A DNA stretch of 64,000 nt from Cystobasidiomycetes sp. EMM_F5. Its lineage: Eukaryota. Position 1 is the first letter of the stretch. The number at the start of each line of letters is the position of its first letter. Of the stretch, positions 1-15,279 are shown in pieces. The position numbers and the translations under genes are program-made. Location: NCBI GenBank assembly GCA_051047955.1, contig JBPGPT010000014.1, positions 124,001-188,000 on the forward strand, written 5' to 3'. The notes under the pieces were generated by a model, which did not search any database, was not told the DNA's origin, and saw only the letters and a list, made by a program, of their open reading frames with translations.

Positions 1-494
1 TGTACCTGTGTAGGCTCGCTTGATTAGGCTCCTCTCGATGGGGTCCGATGTCTTGTCCGTTGGTGCTCTGTTCCGCAGATCCGCTGCAGACACTAGCGCT
101 ACCGTCCCAAAGAGACTCGCAGATAGTAGTAACGGAAGCATTGAATGGCGCTCTCAGTTTCGTAGGACGTACGAACGGTGAAATACGCTACGGCAAAGTC
201 GAGCTGGGCGAGAACCCGATACTTTACGGTTCTCTGCATTGGAGAGGGCTCCAAGAGTTTTGTAGCGCGACTCAAGCGGTATTACACCTTTTTGGAGACG
301 ACGGAAAGCGGCCGAGCGGGCCCAGTCCGCGTAAGTGGCGACATCGCATTTGAGCAAGGGCGAATCGTGACAGCAGTAGGCGTATGGATATCCGCGGTGC
401 ACTTCTGCTTGCGTGTTGGACCGATATGGTCCCAGTTTTATACGTTTGCATGGGCCTGTCGATTGCACGGGCCATTGAAATTGAGACAGCAGAA

Positions 495-2639
495 TCAAAA
501 GTCGAGTTTCTGCTGCTTGAGCGCCTTATGGTCATCGCTGATTTCTTCCTTGGACTTTCTTTTCGTTGCAGCTAAGGCTTCGGCTTTGTCGACTTTACCG
601 AAAGTGTTGAGATAGTCCGCAGCAGTGTCGTTCAGTACACGTGGATCATCCCCGTGTAGATTTGCCTTGTAGGCACGCTGTATGCGAGCAATACACTCTG
701 CTTTACTAGCCTTGTCATCCACGATGGGTCCTGGGTAATCTTGCCCAATGATACAGCCAGCTTTCTTTTGGACATCGATTGGTGCCTCCCAAGGAGAGTA
801 TATATACTTCGCAGGAAATTTCTTGAGCTCAGGCACGTATTCTCGAATGAAGGCGCCGTCTTTGTCGACTTTCTTGCCAAATGAAATGGGAGAGTAGACT
901 CGGAAATATTGGCTAAAGAAACCGGATGCCGAAAGCCACATCCAGTTTGCACTGTTGCTGGCTGGATCCCAGTCAACCAGCCACGCTGATCCAGCGCAAG
1001 AGCATGCACTCAGCGTACGCAGTCAATCTGCACGCCGCACGACTCACAGTCAAAAACTTCTGCTCCGCGTTCCCATGAAATGTACAGTTGACGTGTTAGG
1101 AAACAAGCCGTGCTATGGCGGGCTAAATGATGGATCCAGCCATCATGCTTGAGCTTCCGCATCTGCGCATCGATCCAAGGGTAACCTGTCCGTCCCTCCT
1201 TCCAAGCCATGAAGCGTTCCCACGCATCTTGATTGCTCTCGTCGATCTTGAGTTCCAGGAGCTTCTCTCCTGTGTCAGGATCATACTGGTTGCGCAAGTC
1301 CCAATCAATGAATTTACATATTGGATTGCCTCTGATGCTTTCGAAATTTGGTGTTCCAGCTTGTGCGCAGTGAAAGAAATCTCTGAACGTGATTTGACCT
1401 AGGAGCGATACTGGAGGCCTCGAAGCATTCTTTGCCTTTGCTATTAGATCAGTAATGCTCCAAAAGAAGGTTCGGATAGACAGAGACCCAAACTTGAGAT
1501 GCGGCGAAAGGAGGGTTGCTGAATACATTACAAGCGTTAGCGACAGAGGGCTACTTGAGAACAGAATGGCTGAGACTGACTCTCTGGCTTGATGAATGCA
1601 GCTGGAGAGGTTTTTGGCTTTTCGAATATAATCGCTTCCTGCTTTCGTTCTGTCAGCCACTCCTGCATGATCTTGAGCGCCTCCGTTTCTCCTCCTCGAA
1701 TGAAGCTCGTCGCGGGTTTCATTGCCAATTCCTCCATTGTTGGCACTCCAAACTTGCCATCAGGTCCGGCGATGGACGTGTATGTAAAGTCTTCTTGGTG
1801 CTCGTGTCTATGCGGGGCATTGACGTCTCTGTCGCGAAAGTACTGAACTTCTGGCTTTTGCTTTTCTAAGATACTTGTGAAATCAATGTCGCTTGGCGGA
1901 GGCAGAAACGTAGGGCGCTCCAATGGACGATTTGGTAAACCAAGCCCGTCTGCTAGCTTCTGAAATGCGGCGTATGTTGTTGGCACCTTGCCTTTATTGG
2001 CCTTTATGATCTTGTGTCCTTCGTACATGGTATGACCGTGTCGGGCAAGCACCTGTATACCGGCAGCCTCTGCGAGCTCTGTTACTTGGCGATCTCGCGA
2101 CATCGTGTAAGCGTCATCATCTGTTTCGAACGATAGATGCGTAATATTGCAGGCTTTGAAAAATTGGGGTAGAATGTCCATTGGTGATCCGCGCAGTACG
2201 AAAAGCTGTGATTCGGGTTGAATGTTCGTGATGGAGGCTGACACGTCACTCATACACTGGACTCCTCGTCAGCGTTACGTTTTGACCGGGTGTCGGAAAA
2301 CTGACATCAAGAAGAAAGCGCCAGCGATTGGGGCCAACGCGTGAGGCATAGATGTATTGGGGATCCCAACACCACTGTTATGTCAACCTCAGCGTGAATT
2401 TCGTCGAAGAGCTCCTCCTGTAATTTACTATCGGGTAGAATGCCTGTATGTCTTTGACTGCAAGAGCTGCAGCCAGAGCGGGTGAATCATGTAACCGCAA
2501 GCTTCAAGTCGCAATCAGCGGTTTCTCAATTATCTGGAAAGGTGTCTGAATGTACTCTGTCCTGAACCTGTTTCCAGCGTCAGACTTGTGCGGTCAACAT
2601 GGTGCCAGACGCAACTCACCAGTGCGCGACTCGGGCCAT
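495..2639 (-). CDS. (6-4) photolyase / cryptochrome family protein (multi-exon)
   Basis: Spliced N-terminus MARVAHW|FRTD|LRLHDSPAL; RGGETEAL; LSPHLKFGSLS; GRTGYPWIDA; WIHHLARH with both histidines typical of (6-4) photolyases; NWMWLSAS; YIYSPW. Confidence 0.93.
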
Positions 2640-3037
2640 GGTCTATTCTTTCAGAACGCAATATGGTGGATGAAGCAGAAGCAAGCTACATCAGGCATCG
2701 CTACTCGGGACGCCCTACATGGCTGGCCATGTCGCTGCTTCCGGGGTAACGTATTCGATCATTTGCATCGGTTTGCATCGACAAGCATCGGGACAGTCTA
2801 TCTGCTGCTGGACAGCTGGACAGGCTGGGAGTGCAGCGGGAAGTTGGTGCTCAAGTGTTTGGGCGTCGGTGCATGGCAAAGTTTCTTTGCGACAATCACT
2901 CTATTCACCAGCAGCACCAAAGAGAATGCGACCATGAAATGCTACATTGCGGGGATCGCCCAAACAGACAAAACAACAACAGGCTGTGCACATAAGGGCT
3001 CCGTAACTCTTCAAGGAAAGGCGTTGACCGTCATCCA

Positions 3038-5664
3038 TTATAGTCGAAGGATGTTTGACGCCATCTTCATGGCCGATTTCTCGAGCGATACTTGCTCGAC
3101 CGCTGAAGAGTGATAACACCTCAGCAATATGTAGACCACAATCTGATTTATTCGACTTACGCAAGCGGGAGAATATAGACGGGTATTCCGGTTCCGGTTC
3201 TGATGGTCGTCGCCTGATGCCCTCCATCTGCCGCAGTGCTTGAATTTAGCAAACTTGCCCAATAAACGAGGTGCTTCACTGCTCACAATATCTCGTACGT
3301 CCCCTTTATCCAAGTCGTCCCTGGCTCTCAGTAAAGCTTCGACAAAGACCAGCGCATGCTCTGTGCCGTAGCGTTTTGAAAAAGCATGATAGTCCAGATA
3401 AAACATAGTTTTTGAAGCAGATAGGATACGTTTGACGTCGTCCAACTATAGCATGTCGTGATATTTAGCCACGAAATGCTTAATTCGAATAGGCGACTTA
3501 CCACCTCGAAGTACGATTCTAACTCTTTTGGCTGTTTGTACTGTACGAAAAAGTCGAAACTCTTCTTGATCTCGTCACTCATCTTATTCACAGACTTTGG
3601 CATCTTGAGCTTGTTCGCCTTGCGTAGAGCAGTAAGGTATGCTATGAGGAATGTATCGATAATATCGTCGACCAGCAGTTCAAAGAGGGACGGGGATAGT
3701 CGGGCGCTAAAGTCGACCATGTAGTCTGAGATTGTCTCGACGATCTGCGTCGTAGGATCGCCAGAATACCACTCAGGCGTGAACAGTTTGCGTACAGCCT
3801 CCTGCGAATCATCGAAAACAAGGTCGATCAAGACCTGGATACATCGCTTCGCTACATCAAGGTAGCCATCCATAGCGTCGTTGAGCTTGTCAATGATCTG
3901 CGTCTTGTACTTGTCAGATACTAGTGCTTCCAAGCGAGTCGAAAGAGCTTCGGTAAAGTCAGCCGATTTGACTTGGTCATTTGCCAGTGCCATCAGATAT
4001 TCCACCAAGCCCTCTGGAGCTTTCGGCTGGCCAGGGCCTGCGCGTTGTCGAGCTAGCTCCAGGTCAATCTGCTTGAGCCACGTAGCCTGTGTATCTCGCA
4101 TCGTAACATTAAATTCGTGAACGACCTTTGCTACGACGGAGCCTTGATTGGAGTCTAACGCCAGATCTGTTTGCTGATTGATCACTGCATAAATGCCAAG
4201 TGGATCAGTCATTGCCGCTCACGCCCGTGAATAAGAAACCCACTCTGGAACATGATTGGCGCTCCCTGCAGCAAGTACTGTCCATCAGGATCAATGTCTG
4301 GCTCTGTTTCGCGAGCCGAAAAGTCCTTGAGTTCCGATTTCATGAGGTTGGCTGTCCACTCTGCCATCTTCTTCCGCACAAGCAGGAGGTAATCGTCTAT
4401 CAAGTCTTCCTCTCTACCATCAAGTAGCTTCGGCTGTATGAGTTCAGGAGGTATGCCAAGCTCTTTCGTCATGTTTTTGTAGTATTCCTTGCAGAATTGT
4501 GCGAGATACAGCATCGTTCCGGCTTCTGGTTCCGACTCGACTATAGTGATGATAAAGTCGTGCAATGATTTGTGGTAGGCTTTTACGTATTGAGAGTAGA
4601 TCTTCCAGTCGGGCGGGAACCGCGCCGCAAGCTGGTCTTCCACGATAACGAGATCTTCGTAGAACCAGTCAAGGGACGAGAAGAATTGCGCGGAATTGCC
4701 CTTCATCTTGACATGCTGCTCGTGAAGTCGTGTCTTGACTGCATTCCTGATAGCATCGAGAACTTTAGCCCGATAGTGCTTTATCTGTCGCGCATCCGCC
4801 TGCACACTCTTGAAGCGAGAAGCCAACTCTTTGTTTTGCTTCTTGACAAGCTTGATGGCGATAGCTTTCTCGTCCTTCTGTCCCTCCAGCTCTGCTATCT
4901 TTGCAATCTTTACGGCAACTCCCGGATTGCCCCTTCTAACGATCTGCAATAATGTCGCTGCCAGATTGAGGTAGTGCTCTTCGTATTCCTGCAGAAATGC
5001 ATTCAGGCGCTCAAAGTACTTTTCGAGTGTCGCCCTTGTTTCCGCTGTCGCTCTCTTGGCTTGATGTACTGTTTCATTCCGAAAGGCCTCCAGCTCGGTG
5101 ACATGGTAGTGAATGAGCAGTAGATTGGGCGCGGGTCCGTAAGGTTTTGCTTTTTCCCTGGCTAGCAGTGCTTCAAGTCGCTCTATCTTATCGTACATGC
5201 CGCGAAGTGCTTCCACCATCTCGAGCGTCTGGCCGAATTGCCGGTGCACTCGGGAGACCTGGAGCGAGACATGCGCTAAGCTGGGCAGTGATACATACTC
5301 AGGGAATCATCTCACTTCACTGATCTTGTTGAAGCCCTCGACAGTCGTCTTTGGGTCTTCACATAGCCGTTCCACATTGACCATCTCTTCACGTATATGC
5401 GTCACGGACAGCCGAGTCTCGTGAAGTCTGAGCAGACCATCTCTAGTCGCGTCTAGCTGCTCTTTGGCTCCGCTCTTCAGCTTGCTCTCGATACTAGCCT
5501 TCTCCGCTGCCAGCTTTTTGCGAATGATTGCTATCTTTTGCAGGTCATCAGGCTGCCGCAGAAGCTGCCGGCGTTTTCAGATTAGCCTCTTCAGCGACAG
5601 CATACTACCCATCAATCACCTCCGACACTGCATGCGCAGCGCTGGCGCTCTGAAACGCTGCCAT
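3038..5664 (-). CDS. SEC6: Exocyst complex component Sec6/Exoc3
   Basis: Spliced start MAAFQSASAAHAVSE|LLRQPDDLQKI; long helical exons (ORFs 4209-5249, 3328-4212) with YLMALANDQ and ETISDYM; last exon ends ...SNILRL* at 3038. Confidence 0.9.
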
Positions 5665-6144
5665 GACGGCCCCTGCAGCTGCCAGACGTAAAGCAAGAGC
5701 CGCAACGACTCACAAGCGAATCGCGTGCAAACCCAAATTGGCTTGGGCCTGCAGTTACAACGAATGATACATGGTTCTGTAACGCTATACACCTCCCATC
5801 CTGCAGCATTATGCTTGCATCAATGCACAACCTCTCTAAGTTGCGATTTTGCCAGTGAAAGCGGAGAACCGCTGTGCAACCAATGCTGCAGCAGGAAGAG
5901 CTTTCGTGCAAAGCTTTCTGTCTTGATGTGGTGTATTCTTCCTGGGCGGCTGGTTGATACATTGATATCCGCTCCTGCCGGAACTCGGCTCATCGCGTGC
6001 TGCAAATGCTCTTGCGTCATCAAGGGGAAGAAGCATCAGGTGTCCATGTTTGAGCGATAAAAATACCCGGACGCTATCTTCGGAAAGAGGGATTCTTATC
6101 GTTATGAGGGTCTTCTCTCTACTCGGGACAAGCTCCAAGGAAGA

Positions 6145-8176
6145 ATGGGCAGAAATCCGAGCTCGCAAGCTGCAGAGCAATACAGGGACAGCGTTACCCT
6201 TGCAGAATCGCGAAGCAGGCAATACGACAATGAGCTTCCGAACAAAGCTAACCGAAAGACGGCAATGACGATAAAAGACCTGGAGAAATCCATCGGAGAA
6301 AGACAGGGAGTCAATGCTCACGGCGAGGTCGAAGTGACCGAAGGCACCGTTGAAGAGGGAGATAATAGTCGGTGAGAGTTCCTGTTCACAGCCGTCTTCT
6401 ACTAAAGTCTGCTTCTATTAGTTGACTATCATTCGCTAAAATGGTGGCAAGCTTCATGTATAATGATTGCGGAGACGATTTCTCTCGGCATCTTGTCTCT
6501 TGTGCGCAGAAATCAATCAAGCGCGCTTCAAAGGCTCACGTTCATTGTTATCCCAGCCTTCAGCATTTGCTACTTTGGGAGTCCCTGGTGGCTTCTGCCT
6601 CATCATTGGTCTGGGCCTGCTCACTACCTATACTGGCTACAAGTGAGGAGGACTAGCTCTTAATCAGAGCAGAGACTGATAGTATGCATTACGTCATCAG
6701 TATTGGACTTTTCAAGATCGCTTATCGTACGAGATTTCGCCGTGCAGAGATGTTCTGCATTGTTCTGCATGCTGACTGTACAATGCACGTTCAATCAACA
6801 GCGCACATAAGATCTATGGCAGACGCTGGAGAAGTAATGGGCGGCCGATGGGGCCGAGAATTCTTGGGCAATGCACAGGCATTATTTGCGGTCTTCATTT
6901 CCGCATCGCACGTTCTGACCGGCTCAATAGCCTTACAAGCCATCGCTAGTGATAACGTGTGCACAATAGTGTGGGGCGTCATCATCGCAGTGGTCTGCGC
7001 AGTCTTCAGCTTTCCACGAACCTTCTCTAAAATCAGTTATTTGTAAGACAATCGTCAAACCGAAAATGCGGACACAGAGTCTGACGTTTGCACTTCAAAT
7101 GGACACAGCTCTTTCGTTTCATTCGCTTCCATCTTCTCAGCTGTGATCTTCACAATGATCGCGGCTGGAGTTATCGGAAAAACCGGGCAAATCTCCGCAA
7201 AAGCCCAGGTTGGCACTGGCTTCCGAGCAGGTTTCATTGCAGCAACAAACATAATCTTCGCCTATACGGGCCACGCAAACTTCATCAATTTCGTATCCGA
7301 ACTTTCGAATCCAAAGGATTATTCAAAGGCGCTTTATTTATTGCAATTTGTGGACACAACGATGTATGCCGTGGTCGGATTCGTAGTCTGTAAGTGTATT
7401 TGAAGAGTTTCCAGCATTTGGAACGTCTTGGTAACGCGTCACACCGTGCACCTTGTCTAGACTATTATGTTGGGGACGCCGTTACTTCTCCCGCCCTCGG
7501 CTCTCTGCCTCAAACCCTAAGTAGGATCGCGTATGGATTGGCTCTACCAACCATCATCATTGCGGGAGTTATAAATGGTAACGTGGCTGCTAAGCTATTC
7601 ATGCAGCGCATGTGAGCCGTTTGGGCGTTCTCCGTCTTACTTTGCATTGACAATCTCGGCGATACAGATACTCTGAAGACAGCCCCCACTATCGATCGTC
7701 TACAAAGCGAGGATGGGCTGTCTGGATCATCATAGTCATTTCAGTCTGGGCTATTGCTTTCATAATAGCTGAAGTTAGTAAGTGGGGGATCCGTTCCGAA
7801 GCAGCTTCCAGAGTATAGCATAGGCTTACGATCTACTTGTGCTCTCAGTACCTTTCTTCAATGATCTTCTGAGTGTCATGAGCTCTCTGTTCGGATCAAT
7901 CTTTTCGTACAGCATTTCTGGCGTTTTCTTCTTGTTCCTCAATCCAAGCAATATGTGGTTCAACGGCCGAAAGATGACTTTCCTCTCTCTACTTGTAGGT
8001 GCACGTATAAACTCAGAGTACGTGTAGAGTTGACGCACAGTCTTCTTTAGAACATGGCAATTGTTGCTATCGGAGCAGTCATTATGGGATGCGGTCTTTA
8101 CGCCTCCATTCAGTCTATCATCAACGGATATGCATCCAGTGGCTTCCCGGGTCCATTCACTTGCGAAGCTCGGTGA
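6145..8176 (+). CDS. Neutral amino-acid transporter (Aa_trans / Mtr-like), about 10 exons
   Basis: IAETISLGILSL; HIRSMADAGEVMGG; FSFPRTFSKIS; IFAYTGHANF; PFFNDLLSVMSSLFG; ends ...PFTCEAR*. Start could be 6265 instead. Confidence 0.88.
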
Positions 8177-8488
8177 AAGAATATCATCCATGCATCGTTT
8201 GGCGGAATTCTTGAAGAAGAAAGAAAGAGGTCGCTGAGAATGGTGGAAATTCTATGTAGCAATAACATCTGTCTTCGTGTAGCTACCTATGTACATCGTG
8301 ATGCAGAGAACAAATAGCTACACACAGTATCTGCTGTTTTGTTTCTTGGCCCTGTCGTTCCTGAAACGCGGTGCATACCGAAACAAGCGAGTGCCCTTTC
8401 AACCAAGCTCACCCAAAAAGTTTTCGGATTGATTCCTCTACCCTCACACTCTTTAACAAGACTACGCAACAATCACCACACTTACAAC

Positions 8489-9738
8489 ATGGTTAAATCA
8501 GTCATCGCAGCCGGTGTCGCCGTAGCCATCGCAGCTCGAGCGGTCAGTGCTCAAGCTGTAGGCACATACCCTAATGCGTCCAGCGTTGCGCTAGTTGTAG
8601 CTCAGTACAACAACTCTGGCCTGAACTGTGAGTATCTCTTTGCTCTCCTGACGTTCTTGACTGCGTTTGCTGAAATATTATTCGTTTGCAGACCACATTG
8701 GCAGCAGCCAGTCCTTTGGATTGCCTCTCGATGCGACTGCCCTCCTGCGAGTCACATACCCAGGCATCGGTCTCATCAGCAACGGAGCAGCCTACACTGC
8801 GTCCCAAGTCGCTTCAGCGCCATCAGGTGAGAAATACATTGCGCTCCGACCTTCGCTTGCGAAAGTGTGATCTGACTGGCTATGCGATGACTAGTTGCGG
8901 TATGGCCAGCGCAAGGCGCAAATTACAGTACAACGAGCAAGTACACTTTAATGCTCGCAGATGCCTCTGCTCTCGGCGACCCAGACGCGCAGGTTAGTCC
9001 AGTTTATGTCGCAGTATTGCCACAAACAAACATAAAAGACGATGAATGGGAATTTCGAGCAAGCTGACATTCGGTGTCCGTCTTCTCAGGGTGAATACCG
9101 TCACTACCTTGCCAATGGCGTCGGCGTACCGGCCAGCTTCAACGGATCCGGTGCATTTAACGTTACGAACGGCACTGTCATCACAAATTGTACGACCGTC
9201 TACGGCAACCCGCATTCGGTACTTTGTGACTGATTCGTTCTTCATACGTTCCAGACGCTGGCCCAGGTCCTATCGCCGGCACAGGTGCTCACCGATATGC
9301 ATGGCTCCTCTTCCAACAGCCCACCAACTTTAGCGCTCCCGCAAACTTGTCGACTGCCGGCGTTGCTCCCGGACACTGGTCAGTCTACGACTATGCCACC
9401 AGCACCCATCTTGGCAAGATTGTAGCGGCTTCCTTTTTCACCGTTCAGAATGGTAACCCGTAAGTGCTCAGCTCTCACCTTGTCTTGATAGACATAAACT
9501 AAGGTCGCGGTCTTTTATCAGAACTGCATCCGTCGTAAGCACAACGGCTATCAACACTGCTACTCTGGTTGTCCCGACCACGACTGCCGGTGTCAGCGCA
9601 AGCAGCGGCATCAACGGCGCAGCAGCAGCTGGCGTGACATCAACCAAGCCAAACAGCGCGTCAAGCATCTCGGGCTCCGTCACAAAAGCAGCAGGCGCAG
9701 TTATTGCTCTATTTGCTGTGTTTGCGACCCTCTTCTAA
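8489..9738 (+). CDS. Secreted, probably GPI-anchored PEBP (phosphatidylethanolamine-binding) family protein
   Basis: Signal peptide MVKSVIAAGVAVAIAARAVSA; YTLMLADASALGDPD, YRHYL, YAGPGPIAGTGAHRYAWLLFQQP; Ser/Thr/Ala stalk and hydrophobic C-terminus AVIALFAVFATLF*. Confidence 0.85.
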
Positions 9739-10250
9739 GCGAGATACTAGTCGCATGGCACGGACACTCTTTGCGATGATCCTATCGAGCTTCTTGCACT
9801 CTAGTCTAGCGTTGTTTTTCGATACTTGTATCTGCTTGCACGCAAGGCTTTTCTATCTGAACGACGCTGTCAATTCGCTTGGCCGTTGGGCTCGCTTAGG
9901 CATCTGTTGTTCATGTATCCGCTTGATTACAGCGTGTCTTGCCTGAGTAGCTGGACATCTACGCATGCGCTTCATTGCTTCCATGATGCACTTCAAAGCT
10001 ATGGCAGAGAAGCGCTCAGGAAATCAGGCACGCGGAGAAAGGATAAGATGAAGTCTACCATATTTTGCACTTCACGGGGACCAACAACACGCGTCGGATA
10101 GTAGATCCGCATGCTGAACACAACTATCACCTCTAAGCGCGGGTGTCCTCGTTATTTTGTTGTTTCTGAAAGCTTGCCTTGATTATTTTGGGCATTCCCA
10201 CTCGCAGACCCTTTCGCTGTAAAAGAATGCCCGACAAACGGTCGCAATGC

Positions 10251-11662
<1,412 letters not shown>

Positions 11663-11870
11663 CATCAGCCAGAGTTCTCGCAGCTCTTCGCAGCGGCTGC
11701 GCTGGACTTACATTGGACTGGCATACTGTTCTGATTCGAGGTGTCTGTTTTGTCTGCGTGATTACTTCAATTCAGGTCGGCGCAGGTGCAAGCCCGAGTC
11801 TCGATGACCTTTCGATGACCCTTTATGCGCATGTCAAATCGACAAGTGGTGACAATTTGCGCTGAACATC

Positions 11871-12800
11871 ATGTCTACAACGCGGTCGCTGGCTGCTACT
11901 GGCAGTACAAGCTACAGAGGGCAAATGCACCGTACGGCCTCTGGAACCAGCTCTGTTAGCGGAACGAGCGCCGGAACGGCTACTTCAGCTCGGAGGGGTG
12001 GAGCTGCCAGCGGGGCTCATTCTTCTAGCAAAGCCAAAGATCTGCTGCGAGACTATTACGGATTGAATGCTAATGCTCAGCCGGCTGGGTCTAGTGGACC
12101 TAATGAGAACACGGCGTCGGCTCAGCTGGACTTGGGTATGTTGACTGAAGTGGAGTAGTCGTCAACCACACTCACATCGACGCTGGCAGACTCGGAGTCC
12201 TTCTCTCCTACATCCTACATGAATCATCTCTTAACAACCTCCACGCTTCCGCAATTGCTGCGAGCCAGCACGACAATATCAGGCTCAATAGCCGACCTGG
12301 AGAGCGAGCGGCAGTCGCTCGTGTATAATCATCACCACGAGCTTATCGACGCGTCAATCACCATATCCAAGATGAAGGTGCGCGCAGAATCGCTGGAGAC
12401 AACACTCGAACAGCTCAAAGCCAGTCTGTCGCGATGTGCCGAACTGGAAAGCAGTCTGAAAGCTGTACAATCGCCTTATACACAGACCCCGTCCTTGCAG
12501 GGTACACAAAGTGACGACCAGACAGACTGGCAGTACGTCCTGGACACGCTGCTCGACCTACCCATCAAGTTGGAGGCAGCAGACAGAGCGCAAGCACTCA
12601 GATTGTGGGGAACGTACGAGCCCGTTCTAAGGAGATGGAAAGAGGCTGGTGTCAAGGGTGTACAGGAGTTCGAAGCTGACTGTCGAGAAGTAGTCAATAA
12701 CGCCAACCTTGGAGACGAGGCCAGGGCGAGGAGAAGGAGCTCCGTGAACGGTGCCGTAGCTCCTTCCGTGACGACCTCGTCAGCCGCAGTCGTCAAATGA
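11871..12800 (+). CDS. VPS51: GARP complex subunit Vps51/Vps67-domain protein
   Basis: LLRDYYGL; DLDSESF; LESERQSLVYNHHHELIDASITISKMK; one intron near 12137-12189. Confidence 0.82.
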
Positions 12801-13252
12801 GCAGTCATCCGGTGTGCTCGTGGTCTCCAATACCTGCGGTCTCTGCATGTTACAAGCACAGATCTCGATGCCAACTCGACACAGTGCCAGAGGAAGTCCT
12901 GGAAGCCTTGGTTTTCGACATTCGGATAGAGGCTGTCGACAAGAAACGCTCTCTGATTTGAGGATTACGGCTACAGAGACTGATCATCGCATCGTCGTCG
13001 AGGTATATAATGTACACAACGATGTTAGAATGCAAGACAAGACAAGAGCAGGTCAAGCGTTACAAGTCTGTCACGACGCGCAATACCGAGCAATTTGATT
13101 GCCGTTCAAAGCGGGACGACGGAGTTCGTCGCTCATGTGTGAGAGTTGGGATTCGATACATGCCAATTCAAATGCATAGGGAAACAACTGCGCTACAAGA
13201 ATGAGCGAGTAGAGGAATGCCTGCACAGCAAAAAAGCGGTGTGACCATCACA

Positions 13253-14598
13253 TCAAGCGCTATCTGCCTCGTCCGTCTCGCTCTCATCATCCTCTTCGTC
13301 GAGCCACTTGATGAATGCCTCGGCAGACCGTCGTACCTTTTTAGACGTAGACTTGTCGACATACTTTTTCGAGACGTGCGATGCCCTGTATCGTACAACC
13401 TTGAGTCAATACGTATTTTCGAGGCGATGAGGTCATAGCTAACTTACCAGTTCTTGAGCAACTCCTCGTCATCGAGAATGTCGGCTTGGTAAAAGCCCAT
13501 AAGAATGCGAGGAACCGATTTCTCATTCGCCAATTCAGGGTGCAGCATACCGACGAATGCCTCAATACCACCAAGGATAGACTTGAGATGCTTTTCTGCG
13601 CTGTCCTGCTTGCCCTGAGTCGTACCAGCAACGATGAGTTTCTTGAAGAGTGCAGCATGCTTGGCCACCTCGTCCCCGGATACGATGGTTTCGGGTGTAA
13701 AAAGACCTTGCACGAGATATTGCATCGTCTTGTACTTCTTTTCGATACTCATCTCCTGCGCCTTTTTGTAAATGTCGACATCGGTAGCTTCGCCATCGCG
13801 CGCTTCAGTCGCTACCCATGCTTCGAAGAGGGAGTATGGCGAATCTTCATCGCCGCCATCCTCGTCGTCGTCGGCTTGCAAGAGCGATTGAACGCCAGCT
13901 TGCAAGTTGGCTTGACGTTTCTTGACAGCTTCAGCAGAGGTATCTACACTCCATCCCTTCTCTGCACTAGTATCATCAAGCTTGATGGTCGCAGCGCCTT
14001 CTGCAATCTGACGGGTGAGCTCGTCATCCGACCCTTCTTCTTCGCCATTCTTTGGCGAATTCGCACCACTGTTCTCTGCTTTATCCTTCTTGGATTTACT
14101 GCCACTCATTGCAGATGCGGTCCCCTTTTTACCAAACTTATTCTCGGGTGGATTGCGGAGGATGAAGGTAGTGAGCTTGTGCTTCATGTCTATATCCCCT
14201 TTGTGGCCACAAGCTTTACAGTCGCGATAGATGTCCTGGTTCTTTGTGATGAGCAGATCCGTCTCTGGATTCTTGCACGAAGGACACAAGACAAACTTGT
14301 CGATGAAGACTGCGAGTAGCTCGCGCAAGCGGGAGGCGTCATGCGCGCCATTGACAATGTATCGCTCGTCCTTCTCGACAAAGGTCGTCTGCGCACCCAA
14401 CTCGCAGCCGAAGAACTTGGTAGGGTATGTCGGTGGACGAGCGAGTGCTTTGGCAATGTCGACCATGTTGGGAATGACGGTTTTTATGCCATTCCCTCTA
14501 CCCTCGACTTTGACGAGGAGGAGCGGCATCTTGTACCGGTAAAAGCTGTCGCTAGCATTCGCACCGGTCGTTCCGGCGATATTTACAATTCCAGACAT
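13253..14598 (-). CDS. TIF5: Translation initiation factor eIF5
   Basis: [27 protein letters not shown] and CKACG zinc finger; W2 domain; last exon ...[20 protein letters not shown]. Confidence 0.96.
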
Positions 14599-14617
14599 GA
14601 TGTTGGAGCTGTCGATT

Positions 14618-14689
14618 TTAGGATGCTAAGAGCTGGAAACAGTATGCGTTGGGTTTGTCTGGCTGTTTGTTTCGAGGCCGCAAAGACAT
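14618..14689 (-). promoter_or_regulatory. Upstream ORF (23 aa) with poor-context AUG in the eIF5 leader
   Basis: TTC-ATG-T context; [26 protein letters not shown] stops 19 nt before the main ATC-ATG. Confidence 0.6.
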
Positions 14690-15279
14690 GAACGCTGTTG
14701 AGGCACGTAAGGAGATGTATAGATGTTCGAGCATTTACAATCAGCTCTCTGCTGCGATGTTTGTGCTTACGCACCATCCGGCAGGATCGCAGCTTTACCG
14801 GGACAAAAGAGGCCACAAAACTTACAGGCTATGTACCACGTCTCTGGTGCTGGCGTTCTTGGATAGTCGCAAGCTTGTAAACGATGCCTACTATCGTCGA
14901 TAGCAGCGGTTGTGTCGCCTGGCGGTCGCCCACGCCGAACGCAAAGCGATGTCCTGGTAAAGTACGGGATCTTGGCGGATTTCAACGGGGGAAATTGGAC
15001 AAGGTGACGGTGGAGATTGCTGAGGGTCTGCCGTAGTCGTTTTCTTGTTCGCTGTGCTGGCTCGTTGTTGCTGCTCTTTTCTTTGAGTTGAACGCTCAAA
15101 GTCCTGCGATCTGCCGTCAAATCTGACAGAAAAAGTTGAAGTCTTTTCCCGCGCACCACCCGGACATCGCACACCCTAGCAGTGCACGGCAAAGACGACC
15201 AAGCACAACAAGTCTGAGAGTCTGCTAACATTCGAGGACTCTGTGACGGGCATTCAGCTCCGCAGGCTGAAAATTGCAG

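Noticed and set aside
11801..11822. Direct repeat TCGATGACC x2 in the SDR/VPS51 promoter, and TGGTCGCAA x2 near 47058-47080
   Set aside because: Two short copies only; cannot be assigned to a factor or separated from chance
13486..14319. 277-aa plus-strand ORF, and similar long antisense ORFs at 18244-18888 and 49724-50197
   Set aside because: Antisense shadows of well-supported genes (eIF5, SAH1, CFEM stalk)
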